Positions 9,750 to 18,492 of a stretch of 37,536 nucleotides of DNA are shown piece by piece. The notes beneath the pieces were generated by a model, which was given only the letters and a program-made list of their open reading frames with translations, did no database searches and was not told the DNA's origin. How positions within the stretch are numbered: the stretch's first letter is position 1; every line of letters starts with the position of its first letter. This DNA is from Promethearchaeota archaeon (GTDB lineage Archaea; Asgardarchaeota; Lokiarchaeia; Sigyniarchaeales; SOKP01): assembly GCA_029838195.1 (NCBI GenBank), contig JALGVJ010000035.1, positions 1 through 37,536 on the forward strand, in the 5' to 3' direction. Both the position numbers and the translations under genes were made by a program.

Positions 9750-9957
9750 ATTTATTTTTTCTGCCCGAAGATCCCTTCTTATCTTCGAAATGATTTTGTC
9801 TTACTTGCTATTAGGCATCAAAAATGATCGATCCAATCTGAATACTTGTATCTTTCCCTATATTTTAAAAATTCAATAATAATAAAAAATCATTCATCGC
9901 TCCTGAATTACAGGCTACTCGCAAAAATCATGAGCAAACATGATCAAGAAGCTTGAA

Positions 9958-10329
9958 TTAATCTAATAATTCTGCAATCCGCTTACTAACACTTTGAATA
10001 TTCAAAAAAACCATTCCAAGGCTGGCGTTGGATTTTGCGAGCGTGCAAAGAATTGCGTTGTTTCCGGCGCGAGAAAGGATTATAAGGCCCTCATTTCCTT
10101 CAATAAGTATGCGTTTTAATTGACCCCGATTTAGTTCTTCCACAGCCCTCTCCGAAACACTTAAAATCGCAGCACTCATGGCAGAAACAATCCCTTCATT
10201 GCTGTTTTGACTAAGAACAGAACAAATGGGAAGTCCTTGTACGCTAACTATTGCACTGCCTTGAATATCCGAATTTACCGCTTCAAGCTGTTTTAGCATT
10301 TCCATCAATTCGGAGATGTTCTCGCTCAA
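9958..10329 (-). CDS. Roadblock/LC7 domain protein
   Basis: DIQGSAIVSVQGLPI, VSAMSAAILSVSERA, GQLKRILIEG and SLGMVFL form the canonical Roadblock pattern; 123 aa. Confidence 0.92.
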   Translation of the reverse strand: MSENISELMEMLKQLEAVNSDIQGSAIVSVQGLPICSVLSQNSNEGIVSAMSAAILSVSERAVEELNRGQLKRILIEGNEGLIILSRAGNNAILCTLAKSNASLGMVFLNIQSVSKRIAELLD

Positions 10330-10465
10330 GTTAATCCAACTATGGTTAGGAGTAGCCGAATTTATATATAATAATTTAATGATGTTATATATTTTTATAT
10401 TTAATTTATCTCTATTAAATTTTTATTAGTTATTAATTTTTATTAGTTTTCATGTAACTAATTTA

Positions 10466-11428
10466 ATGAGTAAGAAAAATTCTAAAGAAGAAGAAAAGAA
10501 AGAGACGGAAGAAGAAGCAGAAGAAAAGCGAATAAAAATTGAATCTTTAAGAAAAGCAGGAGAAATTGCGAAGCAAGTAAAACAAGAATTAAAACCAAGC
10601 ATTAAAATTGGTGCTAAGGCACGAGAGATCATCTTAATGGCAGAGTCAAAGATAAAGGAATTAGGAGGAGCTTGTGCATTTCCTGTTAACTTGAGCGTGA
10701 ACAATGTCGCTGCTCATTATACATCTCCCTTGAAAGATGATAACTTGATCCTTCAAGAGGGAGATATTGTAAAAATCGATCTGGGGGTTCATGTGGAAGG
10801 TTGGTTAGTGGATACGGCATTTACGGTGAGCTTTAATGATTCTGAGAGAGCAGAGAATATCATTCAAGCCACGCAAGTGGCTCTTGAGGCTGCAAAAATG
10901 ATGGCAAAACCCGGAGTGAATACCCAAAAAATTGGAAAAAAAATCGAAGAGATCGTAAAAGGGTTCAATTACAATCCCATTAAAGAATTAGGAGGGCATC
11001 AAATAGAACGGTGGGTGGTTCATGGTACGAAACCTTTACCGGATCTAGGAAATCAAGGAGGTGCTTTAATGGAAGAAGGCGACATTTTCGGGGTGGAAAT
11101 TTTTGCCTCTACGGGCTTAGGATCCATTCATAGGACGAATGCCGCCTACATTTATGAGTTGAATCCCCTCGTGGGGAGAGTACCCTTGCGGAGAAAAAAT
11201 TCCAAGAAACTTTTGGGTTTCATAAATAAGAACTATAAGACATTACCTTTTGCTGAGAGATGGTTGGCAGAAGAATTTGAATTCGGGCTGACATTTGGTT
11301 TACAAGAATTAATTCAACAAGGAAAACTCAGGCCTCATTATGTATTAGTAGAAAAAAAAGGAGAACTTGTAGCTCAATCCGAAGAAACTATTCTGATCAC
11401 GAGTGATGGATACGAGCAGCTCACGTAA
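10466..11428 (+). CDS. map: Methionine aminopeptidase type II
   Basis: AFPVNLS, AAHYT, KIDLGVHVEG, DTAFT, GHQI, EIFAS and AQSEET metal motifs, with the type II helical insert. Confidence 0.95.
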   Translation: MSKKNSKEEEKKETEEEAEEKRIKIESLRKAGEIAKQVKQELKPSIKIGAKAREIILMAESKIKELGGACAFPVNLSVNNVAAHYTSPLKDDNLILQEGDIVKIDLGVHVEGWLVDTAFTVSFNDSERAENIIQATQVALEAAKMMAKPGVNTQKIGKKIEEIVKGFNYNPIKELGGHQIERWVVHGTKPLPDLGNQGGALMEEGDIFGVEIFASTGLGSIHRTNAAYIYELNPLVGRVPLRRKNSKKLLGFINKNYKTLPFAERWLAEEFEFGLTFGLQELIQQGKLRPHYVLVEKKGELVAQSEETILITSDGYEQLT

Positions 11429-11460
11429 AATGAAAAATGATCAATATATCGTGGAAATGA

Positions 11461-12573
11461 ATGGATAAATTAAAAATATGTCTTATTTCATTAACCATAA
11501 GTCCTGATATCCAAGATGGGAGTGCTAAATTTTTCCGTGGTATTTTCAATTATTTGAAATCCAAGCATCATGAAGTGCAATTAATAACGGGTTTGTGGAA
11601 TCATGAACTTCATGAGGAGTATCTTTACCAAATAAAAGTTATAAAAAAGAGTTATTTATGGGCACCTCAATTTATTTTCAAGACCTTGCAATTCATACAA
11701 AAAGCTAACTCATTTGATATTATTCATTGTAATGGTCCAAAAGGAGCTCTTCCTTTATTATTTAGGAAGTCCCCACGATTTATTTCGACGATTCATGATC
11801 TTGGCCCCATCGAAACTCGATTATCATCAATTTCCTTGGAAAAATTCCTGATTCAGCAAGTTATTCATAAATCGACATTTATAACGACATGTTCAAAATT
11901 CATAAAAGAAGAAATTACACGATACTTTCCTGATGTAGAAAAATCAAAAATATATAACTTATATTCTGCTATAGAGGAGAAATTTCGCCCACATCCTCAA
12001 GAAGCTAAAAAATTAAAGGAGAAACTGCAAATTGATGGTCCAATATTATTATATATTGGACGCATCACCCAATATAAGGGAATCGAAGATTTAATTAAAG
12101 CCTATACCCTTGTAAAACAAAAAATAAAAAATGTTACTTTAGTGATTGGCGGTGTACCTGATTTTTCGATGGAAAAAATGTATCATCAGTGGAAGAAAAA
12201 ATACGAGGATATTCACTTTGTGGGGAAAGTTCCGGATTATCAACTTCCTTGGTATTATTCCATGGGAGATCTTTTTATAACTTGTTCTATAGCTGGCGAG
12301 GGCTTTGGGCTAACTCCAATTGAGGCAATTGCTTGCGGAAACCCGGTTATTTGTACTTCTTTGAGAACTTACATAGAAGTATTAAGGGATAATGCTATCT
12401 ATGTGGAGCCTCGCCATCCCAAGCAATTAGCTGAACGCATTGTTGATTTATTGGAGAATAAGGATAAAAGAATAAAATTAGTCAATAAAGCTCGGCAGTT
12501 TATTACCCGTTATACTTGGAAGTCCGTGGGAGAGAAACTTGAAAAAGTATATGAATTATTCTTGAATCCGTGA
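11461..12573 (+). CDS. Glycosyltransferase family 4 (GT-B)
   Basis: TIHD, YIGRITQYKG and EGFGLTPIEAIACG (EX7E) motifs. Confidence 0.9.
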   Translation: MDKLKICLISLTISPDIQDGSAKFFRGIFNYLKSKHHEVQLITGLWNHELHEEYLYQIKVIKKSYLWAPQFIFKTLQFIQKANSFDIIHCNGPKGALPLLFRKSPRFISTIHDLGPIETRLSSISLEKFLIQQVIHKSTFITTCSKFIKEEITRYFPDVEKSKIYNLYSAIEEKFRPHPQEAKKLKEKLQIDGPILLYIGRITQYKGIEDLIKAYTLVKQKIKNVTLVIGGVPDFSMEKMYHQWKKKYEDIHFVGKVPDYQLPWYYSMGDLFITCSIAGEGFGLTPIEAIACGNPVICTSLRTYIEVLRDNAIYVEPRHPKQLAERIVDLLENKDKRIKLVNKARQFITRYTWKSVGEKLEKVYELFLNP

Positions 12574-12585
12574 AATTTAACGGGG

Positions 12586-13686
12586 TTATTCCCCCGTTAG
12601 CTTCTTTTTTATCACGTCGAAACATAAGAAATTTGGATTTTCATATTTTCGTATTTCTTTCTGAAAATTTGACTGTTCTGCTTCACTGATAGGATTTTTA
12701 GAGAGAATTTCTAGGGCGTGAGAGATTATTACTTTAGGTTCTTTAATATGGGCAAGAGGATATCCATTATTTATTAAAAAACGTTCTTGAGGAGCCGTAT
12801 CTCCTGGAAAAAATTCAATGCAGGGCGTATTCATTAGGCTTGCTTCCCGAACGAGCGTCCCTCCTCCACTAATTACTAAGGCGGCATGAAAGCATAAATC
12901 AAGCATGCTAGGAAAAAATTGCGTTATTATAACTTTATTGAGAAAATTTTTTAATTCTGCTTTCAAATATTTCTCTTGCTCTTTATTCCTTGCTATGATC
13001 AGATAATTGAGGTCAGGATGATGTTCATATATTTTGGGTAAAATTTCACTTATTAAACTCGTGTTAGGACTCAATTCTTTTAAAAAATAACTTGCTTGGG
13101 AAGGCTCCGTTCTCAAGATAATATATTTTTTTCTTTTTAAATTAAATCTTTTAAGAACCCTTGAATTGGGCACGTAATCCCAGAGCCAAGCAATTTCATC
13201 AATACCATTATAGGGTAAAAGCTTTTCCTTGGATGCTCCTAAATCCAAATACCATTGAATGGGCACGCAGCTTGGAATTAAAATGGTATCTAAAATGGGC
13301 AGAATCAATTTACAAACGGCTTGATTTCGTGGCTCATCATTAAATCCCACGGAAGGGATGTTTAATCCAAAAGCCAATCGCGCACCTTCCACGGAGGAAA
13401 AAGTTAAAAAGAAGTCGGGGTTAAAAGATGTAACCATGGGAAATAATTTTACGAGACGATGAATGTATGCTTGTAATTTATTTTTTAAGGAAGCTCCGCC
13501 GTGTTTTCCTACTTTTTTATATTCTATATTAAAATGATTTAAAATCTGAAGAGTCGCATCATAATCTCTTGCAGTAATCAATAACTTTGCTTTCTCCTCC
13601 TTAAATCTCTTGAATAATGATTGAAACATGACGGCCGTTTTTGGTTCTTCTACATCAATCCAAATTTTTTTCTCTTGTAATGACAT
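12586..13686 (-). CDS. DUF354 family protein (GT-B-like fold)
   Basis: KIWID, ITARDY, VGKHGG, YNGIDE, IILRTEP and GGGTLVREA are typical DUF354 motifs. Confidence 0.82.
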   Translation of the reverse strand: MSLQEKKIWIDVEEPKTAVMFQSLFKRFKEEKAKLLITARDYDATLQILNHFNIEYKKVGKHGGASLKNKLQAYIHRLVKLFPMVTSFNPDFFLTFSSVEGARLAFGLNIPSVGFNDEPRNQAVCKLILPILDTILIPSCVPIQWYLDLGASKEKLLPYNGIDEIAWLWDYVPNSRVLKRFNLKRKKYIILRTEPSQASYFLKELSPNTSLISEILPKIYEHHPDLNYLIIARNKEQEKYLKAELKNFLNKVIITQFFPSMLDLCFHAALVISGGGTLVREASLMNTPCIEFFPGDTAPQERFLINNGYPLAHIKEPKVIISHALEILSKNPISEAEQSNFQKEIRKYENPNFLCFDVIKKKLTGE

Positions 13687-13743
13687 TTTATATTACGACT
13701 GAATAATGAGCTGTATCAAATTAATAATTAATGTTTTTATCCT

Positions 13744-14508
13744 TTATTTCCAATTAACCGGTTTTTTCCTCAACAATTTCGCAGGATTTCCTACTAAGAT
13801 CTCATTTTTCTCACTGGGTTTGGTTACAATGGCTCCAGCACCCACCATCATGCCCTCTCCTAATTGGATTCCTGGTAAGATCACGGCATTGGCTCCAATC
13901 GAAACCCCATCCTTTATTACAGGTCCCTTTAATTCCTTGCCTGCTCTTGTCATGTATTTATCATTAGTTTGACACGAACAGGGTCCTAAAAAGACATCGT
14001 TTCCAATTTTGCAATAAAGAGGGATGTATACTCCTGTTTGAATATTAACTCTTGTTCCAATTCGGGTTTCTCCTTCTATTACGGTATTTGTTCCAATTAA
14101 AGCTCTTTCACCAATTTGGGTGTTTTCTCGGATTAATACATTATGTCCCGTTTGACAATAATCCCCTAATGAAACCCCCGAATAAATGATGGTTCCCGAG
14201 CGCAAAATGCTCCCCTTTCCTACATGTACGAGCGGACCTTCATGTTCATGGATTGGTTCTTTCTTCATCGTGATTGAATTAAGAAACGTTCTATTAGGAT
14301 GTCCTATAATACAGTTGGGTCCAATATAAGTTTCTTTTTCAATGAGAGCCTTACCGTAAATCTTCACACCCGAAGAAATGTAAACATTTTCTTGAATGAT
14401 AACTCCTTTTCCGATGATGATGAAATCCTCGAGATATGTACTTTCGTGAACCTCAGCATTCTCATGTATCACGACGGATTTGTTTTTCAAGTTAAAATTT
14501 TTCATCAT
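13744..14508 (-). CDS. Hexapeptide-repeat (left-handed beta-helix) N-acetyltransferase, WbpD/WlbB-like
   Basis: Hexapeptide repeats; GHNVLIRE, VFLGP...TNDKY, IGANAVILPG and VGNPAK. Confidence 0.85.
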   Translation of the reverse strand: MMKNFNLKNKSVVIHENAEVHESTYLEDFIIIGKGVIIQENVYISSGVKIYGKALIEKETYIGPNCIIGHPNRTFLNSITMKKEPIHEHEGPLVHVGKGSILRSGTIIYSGVSLGDYCQTGHNVLIRENTQIGERALIGTNTVIEGETRIGTRVNIQTGVYIPLYCKIGNDVFLGPCSCQTNDKYMTRAGKELKGPVIKDGVSIGANAVILPGIQLGEGMMVGAGAIVTKPSEKNEILVGNPAKLLRKKPVNWK

Positions 14509-14642
14509 GTAACCAATAAATTTAATGTAATAAATACCCCATTATTTAATTAAAATAAATTCTTATCATTTTAGTACATGGTTCCCTTTAACGTGTGAGC
14601 ACCTTAAAAAATTATTCCGTTATAAAATCTTGATTAATAAAT

Positions 14643-14939
14643 TTAAAGTTCCTCGCACGTGCAAGGATTAGTTCCACATTTTATACACTTGGAAGGATAT
14701 TTTGTTTTAAAAGCAGATTCCAAATCAATGTTTAATAAATTTGCTAAAGAACAAGTCCAAGCAAGGATATCAGCAAGCTCTTGAGCTATTTTTTCTGCAT
14801 TTAGATCCTTTTTTTTAATGATATTTGCTACTTCTCCAAGTTCTTCCACCAACCAAACAAAAGTGCCTTGCACTCCCCGCTTTTTATCTTTTTGAAAGTA
14901 GAGTTCATGAATTAGTTCTTGAATTTTAGATAATTTCAT
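14643..14939 (-). CDS. MazG-like nucleotide pyrophosphohydrolase with C-terminal Cys cluster
   Basis: WLVEELGEVA...ELADILAW MazG motif, KYP..CIKCGTNPCTC tail; start moved to ATG 14939 (GAGGAG SD upstream, avoids overlap with Sec61beta). Confidence 0.87.
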   Translation of the reverse strand: MKLSKIQELIHELYFQKDKKRGVQGTFVWLVEELGEVANIIKKKDLNAEKIAQELADILAWTCSLANLLNIDLESAFKTKYPSKCIKCGTNPCTCEEL

Positions 14940-14994
14940 GATTTGCTTTTGGCACTCCTCTTTAAATAGATTTAAAACTATGGAAGCAGATAGA

Positions 14995-15219
14995 TCATGT
15001 TCCCGCCCCCGGAGTAAAAAGCCAAGTAAATACATCCAAATGTGCTAATATAACAATCAATATGAGCAAAGCTGATAATAATACCGTTGTAATGGGCCCT
15101 ACTTTTACTCCAACGGAACTATCTTCAAAAAATCGCATTAATCCAGCGCCCCCCATTGGCATTGGAGCGTTTTTTGTCCTTCTTCTCCTCCTTCTCGAAG
15201 TTCTGCGTCGTGTTGACAT
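14995..15219 (-). CDS. secG: Preprotein translocase subunit Sec61beta (archaeal SecG)
   Basis: AGLMRFFED...KVGP followed by a single C-terminal TM helix ending LAH; 74 aa. Confidence 0.9.
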   Translation of the reverse strand: MSTRRRTSRRRRRRTKNAPMPMGGAGLMRFFEDSSVGVKVGPITTVLLSALLILIVILAHLDVFTWLFTPGAGT

Positions 15220-15369
15220 GTTCCATCCAATTAAAATAATATTTGCGTTCTTATAATTTTAATATTTACACCCTTTAAAATTTATTCAATCGGGAAAAAA
15301 ACCTCTAACACTCTAATATTGATAAATTTTTATTAATTTTTTAATTACACTATTTAATTGTAAAAGATT

Positions 15370-17238
15370 GTGAAGAAAAACATATTTTTCCATATCATGC
15401 GAAGAAAAACGCTCTTAATTTATTTTTCCCTTGTAATTTTCACCATTATCCTTTTAGTTTCAAATTTCCCGATTAATAGTTATGATGAGGAAATTGAAAC
15501 GAATTACAGGGGAGATTTAGAGAGTTCTGCTACTTTAGAAGATCAAAATAAATTGGTAATTACTAAAATAAATAGAGAAGTAAATCTAACACGGTATGGT
15601 TTGGTAGATATTAGTGATGAATTAGAAATTAAAAACGTTAATGACAATCCCGTAGATTCGTTCTTATTTGGAATTCCAAAACTTCATGCGGAGGATTTGG
15701 TGTATTTAGAAGTTCTTGGAGATCAAAAAAGCTCTTTATATTATCAAAGAAAATACAAGATTGTAGATCAATTTGAATTAATAGAAGTTTATTTGGATGA
15801 TCCAATATTACCCCTGGAAACGATCAATGTATCCATTATTCAGACATATAAAGATCGCTTAGAATATGGTATTGTCGGATTTCAACAGCAAGTGAATTAT
15901 ACGGGTTATATCTATCCCATTTTACCGTACACGGCACAAGGAGATAATCTCATATCGACCTTTAGAATTCCTGACAGTGCCACCTTTATTGACCAGCCAG
16001 ATGCCGTAGATAATACCATTTCTTATAACTTCACAACCTATTTTACAAATAGAAAACAAATTGATCCGTTATTATCAAATCTCGGTGCGAAAATGAATGT
16101 TTCCCTTGCTTTTTCCGAAAATACGTATACGAAAATAGAAATGGTCGAATTAACCAGAGAAATTTATATTTCGTCATGGGGTATTATTAAAATAAGCGAA
16201 GAATACGTGCTTCAAAATAAAGGAGAAATCGATGTTTCCAGAATTACTCTCATCGTTCCAGGCGCAGCAAAGAGCATTCGAGTACATGATAAATTAGGTG
16301 AGTTATCAGGTGTAGTAATCGATCCTGCTTATAATTATACTTTTGAAGAAAAAGAAGTGAATATTGATTTTTCCATTAATCGAATCAGAATTGGAAAGAA
16401 CTCAAAATTTCGATTTACTTTAGAATATAATTTACCCATTGAAAATTACATGAGTTTTAACTGGATTTTAGAATCCATCCACTTGAATATTTTTACTACA
16501 AAATATGACTTTTTAGGAAGAGATCAAACAATTAAAATAATCTTAGATGGTGTATATCGAATAAATTTTATATCTCATCCACCTGATGCCATTGAATATG
16601 AAATAGATAAAAAGATCCTTATTTATCATGAAGAAATAGTGAGTCCAAAAGAAAAAAAATTTATTCAATTCACATTTACCATAGATATATTTAACCTCCT
16701 TCTTAGACCACTCGCGATTATTCTTTGTCTAATAGGAATTTCCTCAATCTTCGTAGTTGTCGTGAAAACACGAAAGAAAGAAGTGGGTCTACTGATCCCT
16801 AAAGAAATTATCCCATCCACCGAAATTAGAGAATTTTGCTTGTTATATGAAGAGAAAAGCGCTCTATTAATTGAAAATAGAAATTTACTCGAAGATTTAA
16901 GGTATAAAAAAGTATCTAAACCTAAATTTAAAAATATCATTACTAGAAATGAAAAAAGGATAGAAGAAATCAATAAGGATTTAGAACCGCTGCAAGAAAT
17001 TCTTATAGAAACAAATGAAACCTTTGCGAATATCATAAAGCGACTTGAAGTTTTAGATGCAGAAAGACAATCTATTAAGGATAGCTTGAATCTTCTCGAA
17101 ATTCGCTATAAAAAAGGAAAATTACCCTCTAAAACAGCTTATGAGAAATTAACACGTGATTTCATTAAACGGCGTAATAAAGTCGATCGAACTATCGATC
17201 GGTTGATTCAGCAATTACGTTCGTATCTCTTAAAATGA
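15370..17238 (+). CDS. Ribophorin I (OST1/RPN1)-like oligosaccharyltransferase accessory subunit
   Basis: Signal peptide (start may be ATG 15397); two beta-rich repeats (REVNLTRYGLVDISDEL, REIYISSWGIIKISEEYVLQNKG, like RPN1 EVSHWGN..EE..L.N.G); HDKLG; TM helix after LLRPL; C-terminal helical bundle; six N-X-S/T sequons in the external part. Confidence 0.78.
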   Translation: MKKNIFFHIMRRKTLLIYFSLVIFTIILLVSNFPINSYDEEIETNYRGDLESSATLEDQNKLVITKINREVNLTRYGLVDISDELEIKNVNDNPVDSFLFGIPKLHAEDLVYLEVLGDQKSSLYYQRKYKIVDQFELIEVYLDDPILPLETINVSIIQTYKDRLEYGIVGFQQQVNYTGYIYPILPYTAQGDNLISTFRIPDSATFIDQPDAVDNTISYNFTTYFTNRKQIDPLLSNLGAKMNVSLAFSENTYTKIEMVELTREIYISSWGIIKISEEYVLQNKGEIDVSRITLIVPGAAKSIRVHDKLGELSGVVIDPAYNYTFEEKEVNIDFSINRIRIGKNSKFRFTLEYNLPIENYMSFNWILESIHLNIFTTKYDFLGRDQTIKIILDGVYRINFISHPPDAIEYEIDKKILIYHEEIVSPKEKKFIQFTFTIDIFNLLLRPLAIILCLIGISSIFVVVVKTRKKEVGLLIPKEIIPSTEIREFCLLYEEKSALLIENRNLLEDLRYKKVSKPKFKNIITRNEKRIEEINKDLEPLQEILIETNETFANIIKRLEVLDAERQSIKDSLNLLEIRYKKGKLPSKTAYEKLTRDFIKRRNKVDRTIDRLIQQLRSYLLK

Positions 17239-17310
17239 TCATTATTATTCAAGACTTTTAATATCTGCTTTCTTTATATTACTAAATTAATAAAAAAATA
17301 TTCATGTAAA

Positions 17311-17940
17311 ATGAAACCTTGGCTCTTTGATATCCTCGCATGTCCTATTGATAAACATTTTCCACTTAAATTATTTATCTTTGGATACGAAACCCCAATC
17401 GAAAAATTTCAATCAATTCTAAATATTTATGCCCACAGAGATTTAAAATTAATAAAAAATAAAAAAATCGTGGAGATTTCCAAGGAAAACGAAAATTTGG
17501 TCGTCAAAGATAACATCATTTTAGATTTTACGCCCCTCGATCAATACCTTAAAAAAATTATTGCTAGTATCGAAGAATTGGAACACGTGGAAGATCGATC
17601 GGGCAATGAACTAAGTATCAAGTGTTTTGAACTCAGTAGGACAACAATAAAACAAAAATTACTAGAATTCCAAGACCACATGAAACCGGAAAAGCTCGAC
17701 TCTATATTACCAGAATTAGTATTCTTAAATCAGGTAAAATTGGAAATGGAAATTGAGACCGGAATACTATTTTGTGAAAAATGCAAGCGATGGTATCCCA
17801 TTGTTGAAACTATCCCCCAAATGCTTCCCGATCAATATAGAGAGAAAAATAAAGATCTTGAATTCCTAAAAAACCATCGACACTTTCTACTTGACAAATT
17901 TTTTAATCAAGATTTAAAACCTTTTACCCTCAATTCATGA
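17311..17940 (+). CDS. trm112: Trm112-family methyltransferase activator with long helical insertion
   Basis: MKPWLFDILACPIDKHFPL N-terminus and EIETGILFCEKCKRWYPIVETIPQMLPD C-terminus. Confidence 0.85.
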   Translation: MKPWLFDILACPIDKHFPLKLFIFGYETPIEKFQSILNIYAHRDLKLIKNKKIVEISKENENLVVKDNIILDFTPLDQYLKKIIASIEELEHVEDRSGNELSIKCFELSRTTIKQKLLEFQDHMKPEKLDSILPELVFLNQVKLEMEIETGILFCEKCKRWYPIVETIPQMLPDQYREKNKDLEFLKNHRHFLLDKFFNQDLKPFTLNS

Positions 17941-18101
17941 CCTAACTTCCTCTTCCTCATCAATGAATTAATATAGGTAAAAAAAATATTTATTGAATGT
18001 AGCATTCTTCCCCACATCTTTTAAGTATAACCCATAATGGAAATAAATAACTATTTTATTATTAAAAAATCTCTCTCTATTAAAAAATACGAGCAAATTT
18101 T

Positions 18102-18203
18102 AGCCCGGTGGTGTAGTGGACAAGCATATGGGGCTTTGAGATGCTTTAATCTCCTAGAGCATGAAGAAACCCCGTGACCACGGTTCGAATCCGTGCCGGG
18201 CTA
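18102..18203 (+). tRNA. tRNA-Gln(TTG) with 29-nt intron at canonical 37/38 (18140-18168); CCA not encoded
   Basis: Acceptor AGCCCGG/CCGGGCT (A1-U72); anticodon stem TGGGG/CCCCG; anticodon TTG at 18136-18138; T arm CACGG-TTCGAAT-CCGTG; bulge-helix-bulge with CUUU/GAAG helix, 3-nt bulges GAG and AAA, intron stem AUGCUUUA/UAGAGCAU. Confidence 0.95.
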
Positions 18204-18492
18204 TTAATTATCTCTTTTATCATGTTCATATTTTTCAAATTAAAGCTTTTTCTCATTCTATTTTCATTTATTCTTCATAAAAATTGAATTTGAAATAGTA
18301 TTTTAGATTAAAAAAAGATTTAGATTAAATTCAAGCAATTAGAAAAGTAATTACTATAAAGGATTCTAATTAAATTTGGGTTAAATTTAAAATTTGATCA
18401 TTGGTTATTTTTTATTTACCATCAATTTAGACTCTAAATACTTTATAAGATATCGTAAAAGATTTTTAATAAGAAAGGTTTAAACACTAAAC

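Noticed and set aside
9890-9945. SECIS- or box C/D-like element downstream of the Roadblock gene (ATGA...GA, CCTG/CAGG hairpin)
   Set aside because: Stems are short and do not form a convincing kink-turn, and neighbouring genes have no in-frame TGA
14940-15035. N-terminal extension of MazG given in the ORF track
   Set aside because: Overlaps Sec61beta; ATG 14939 has a good SD and gives the typical length
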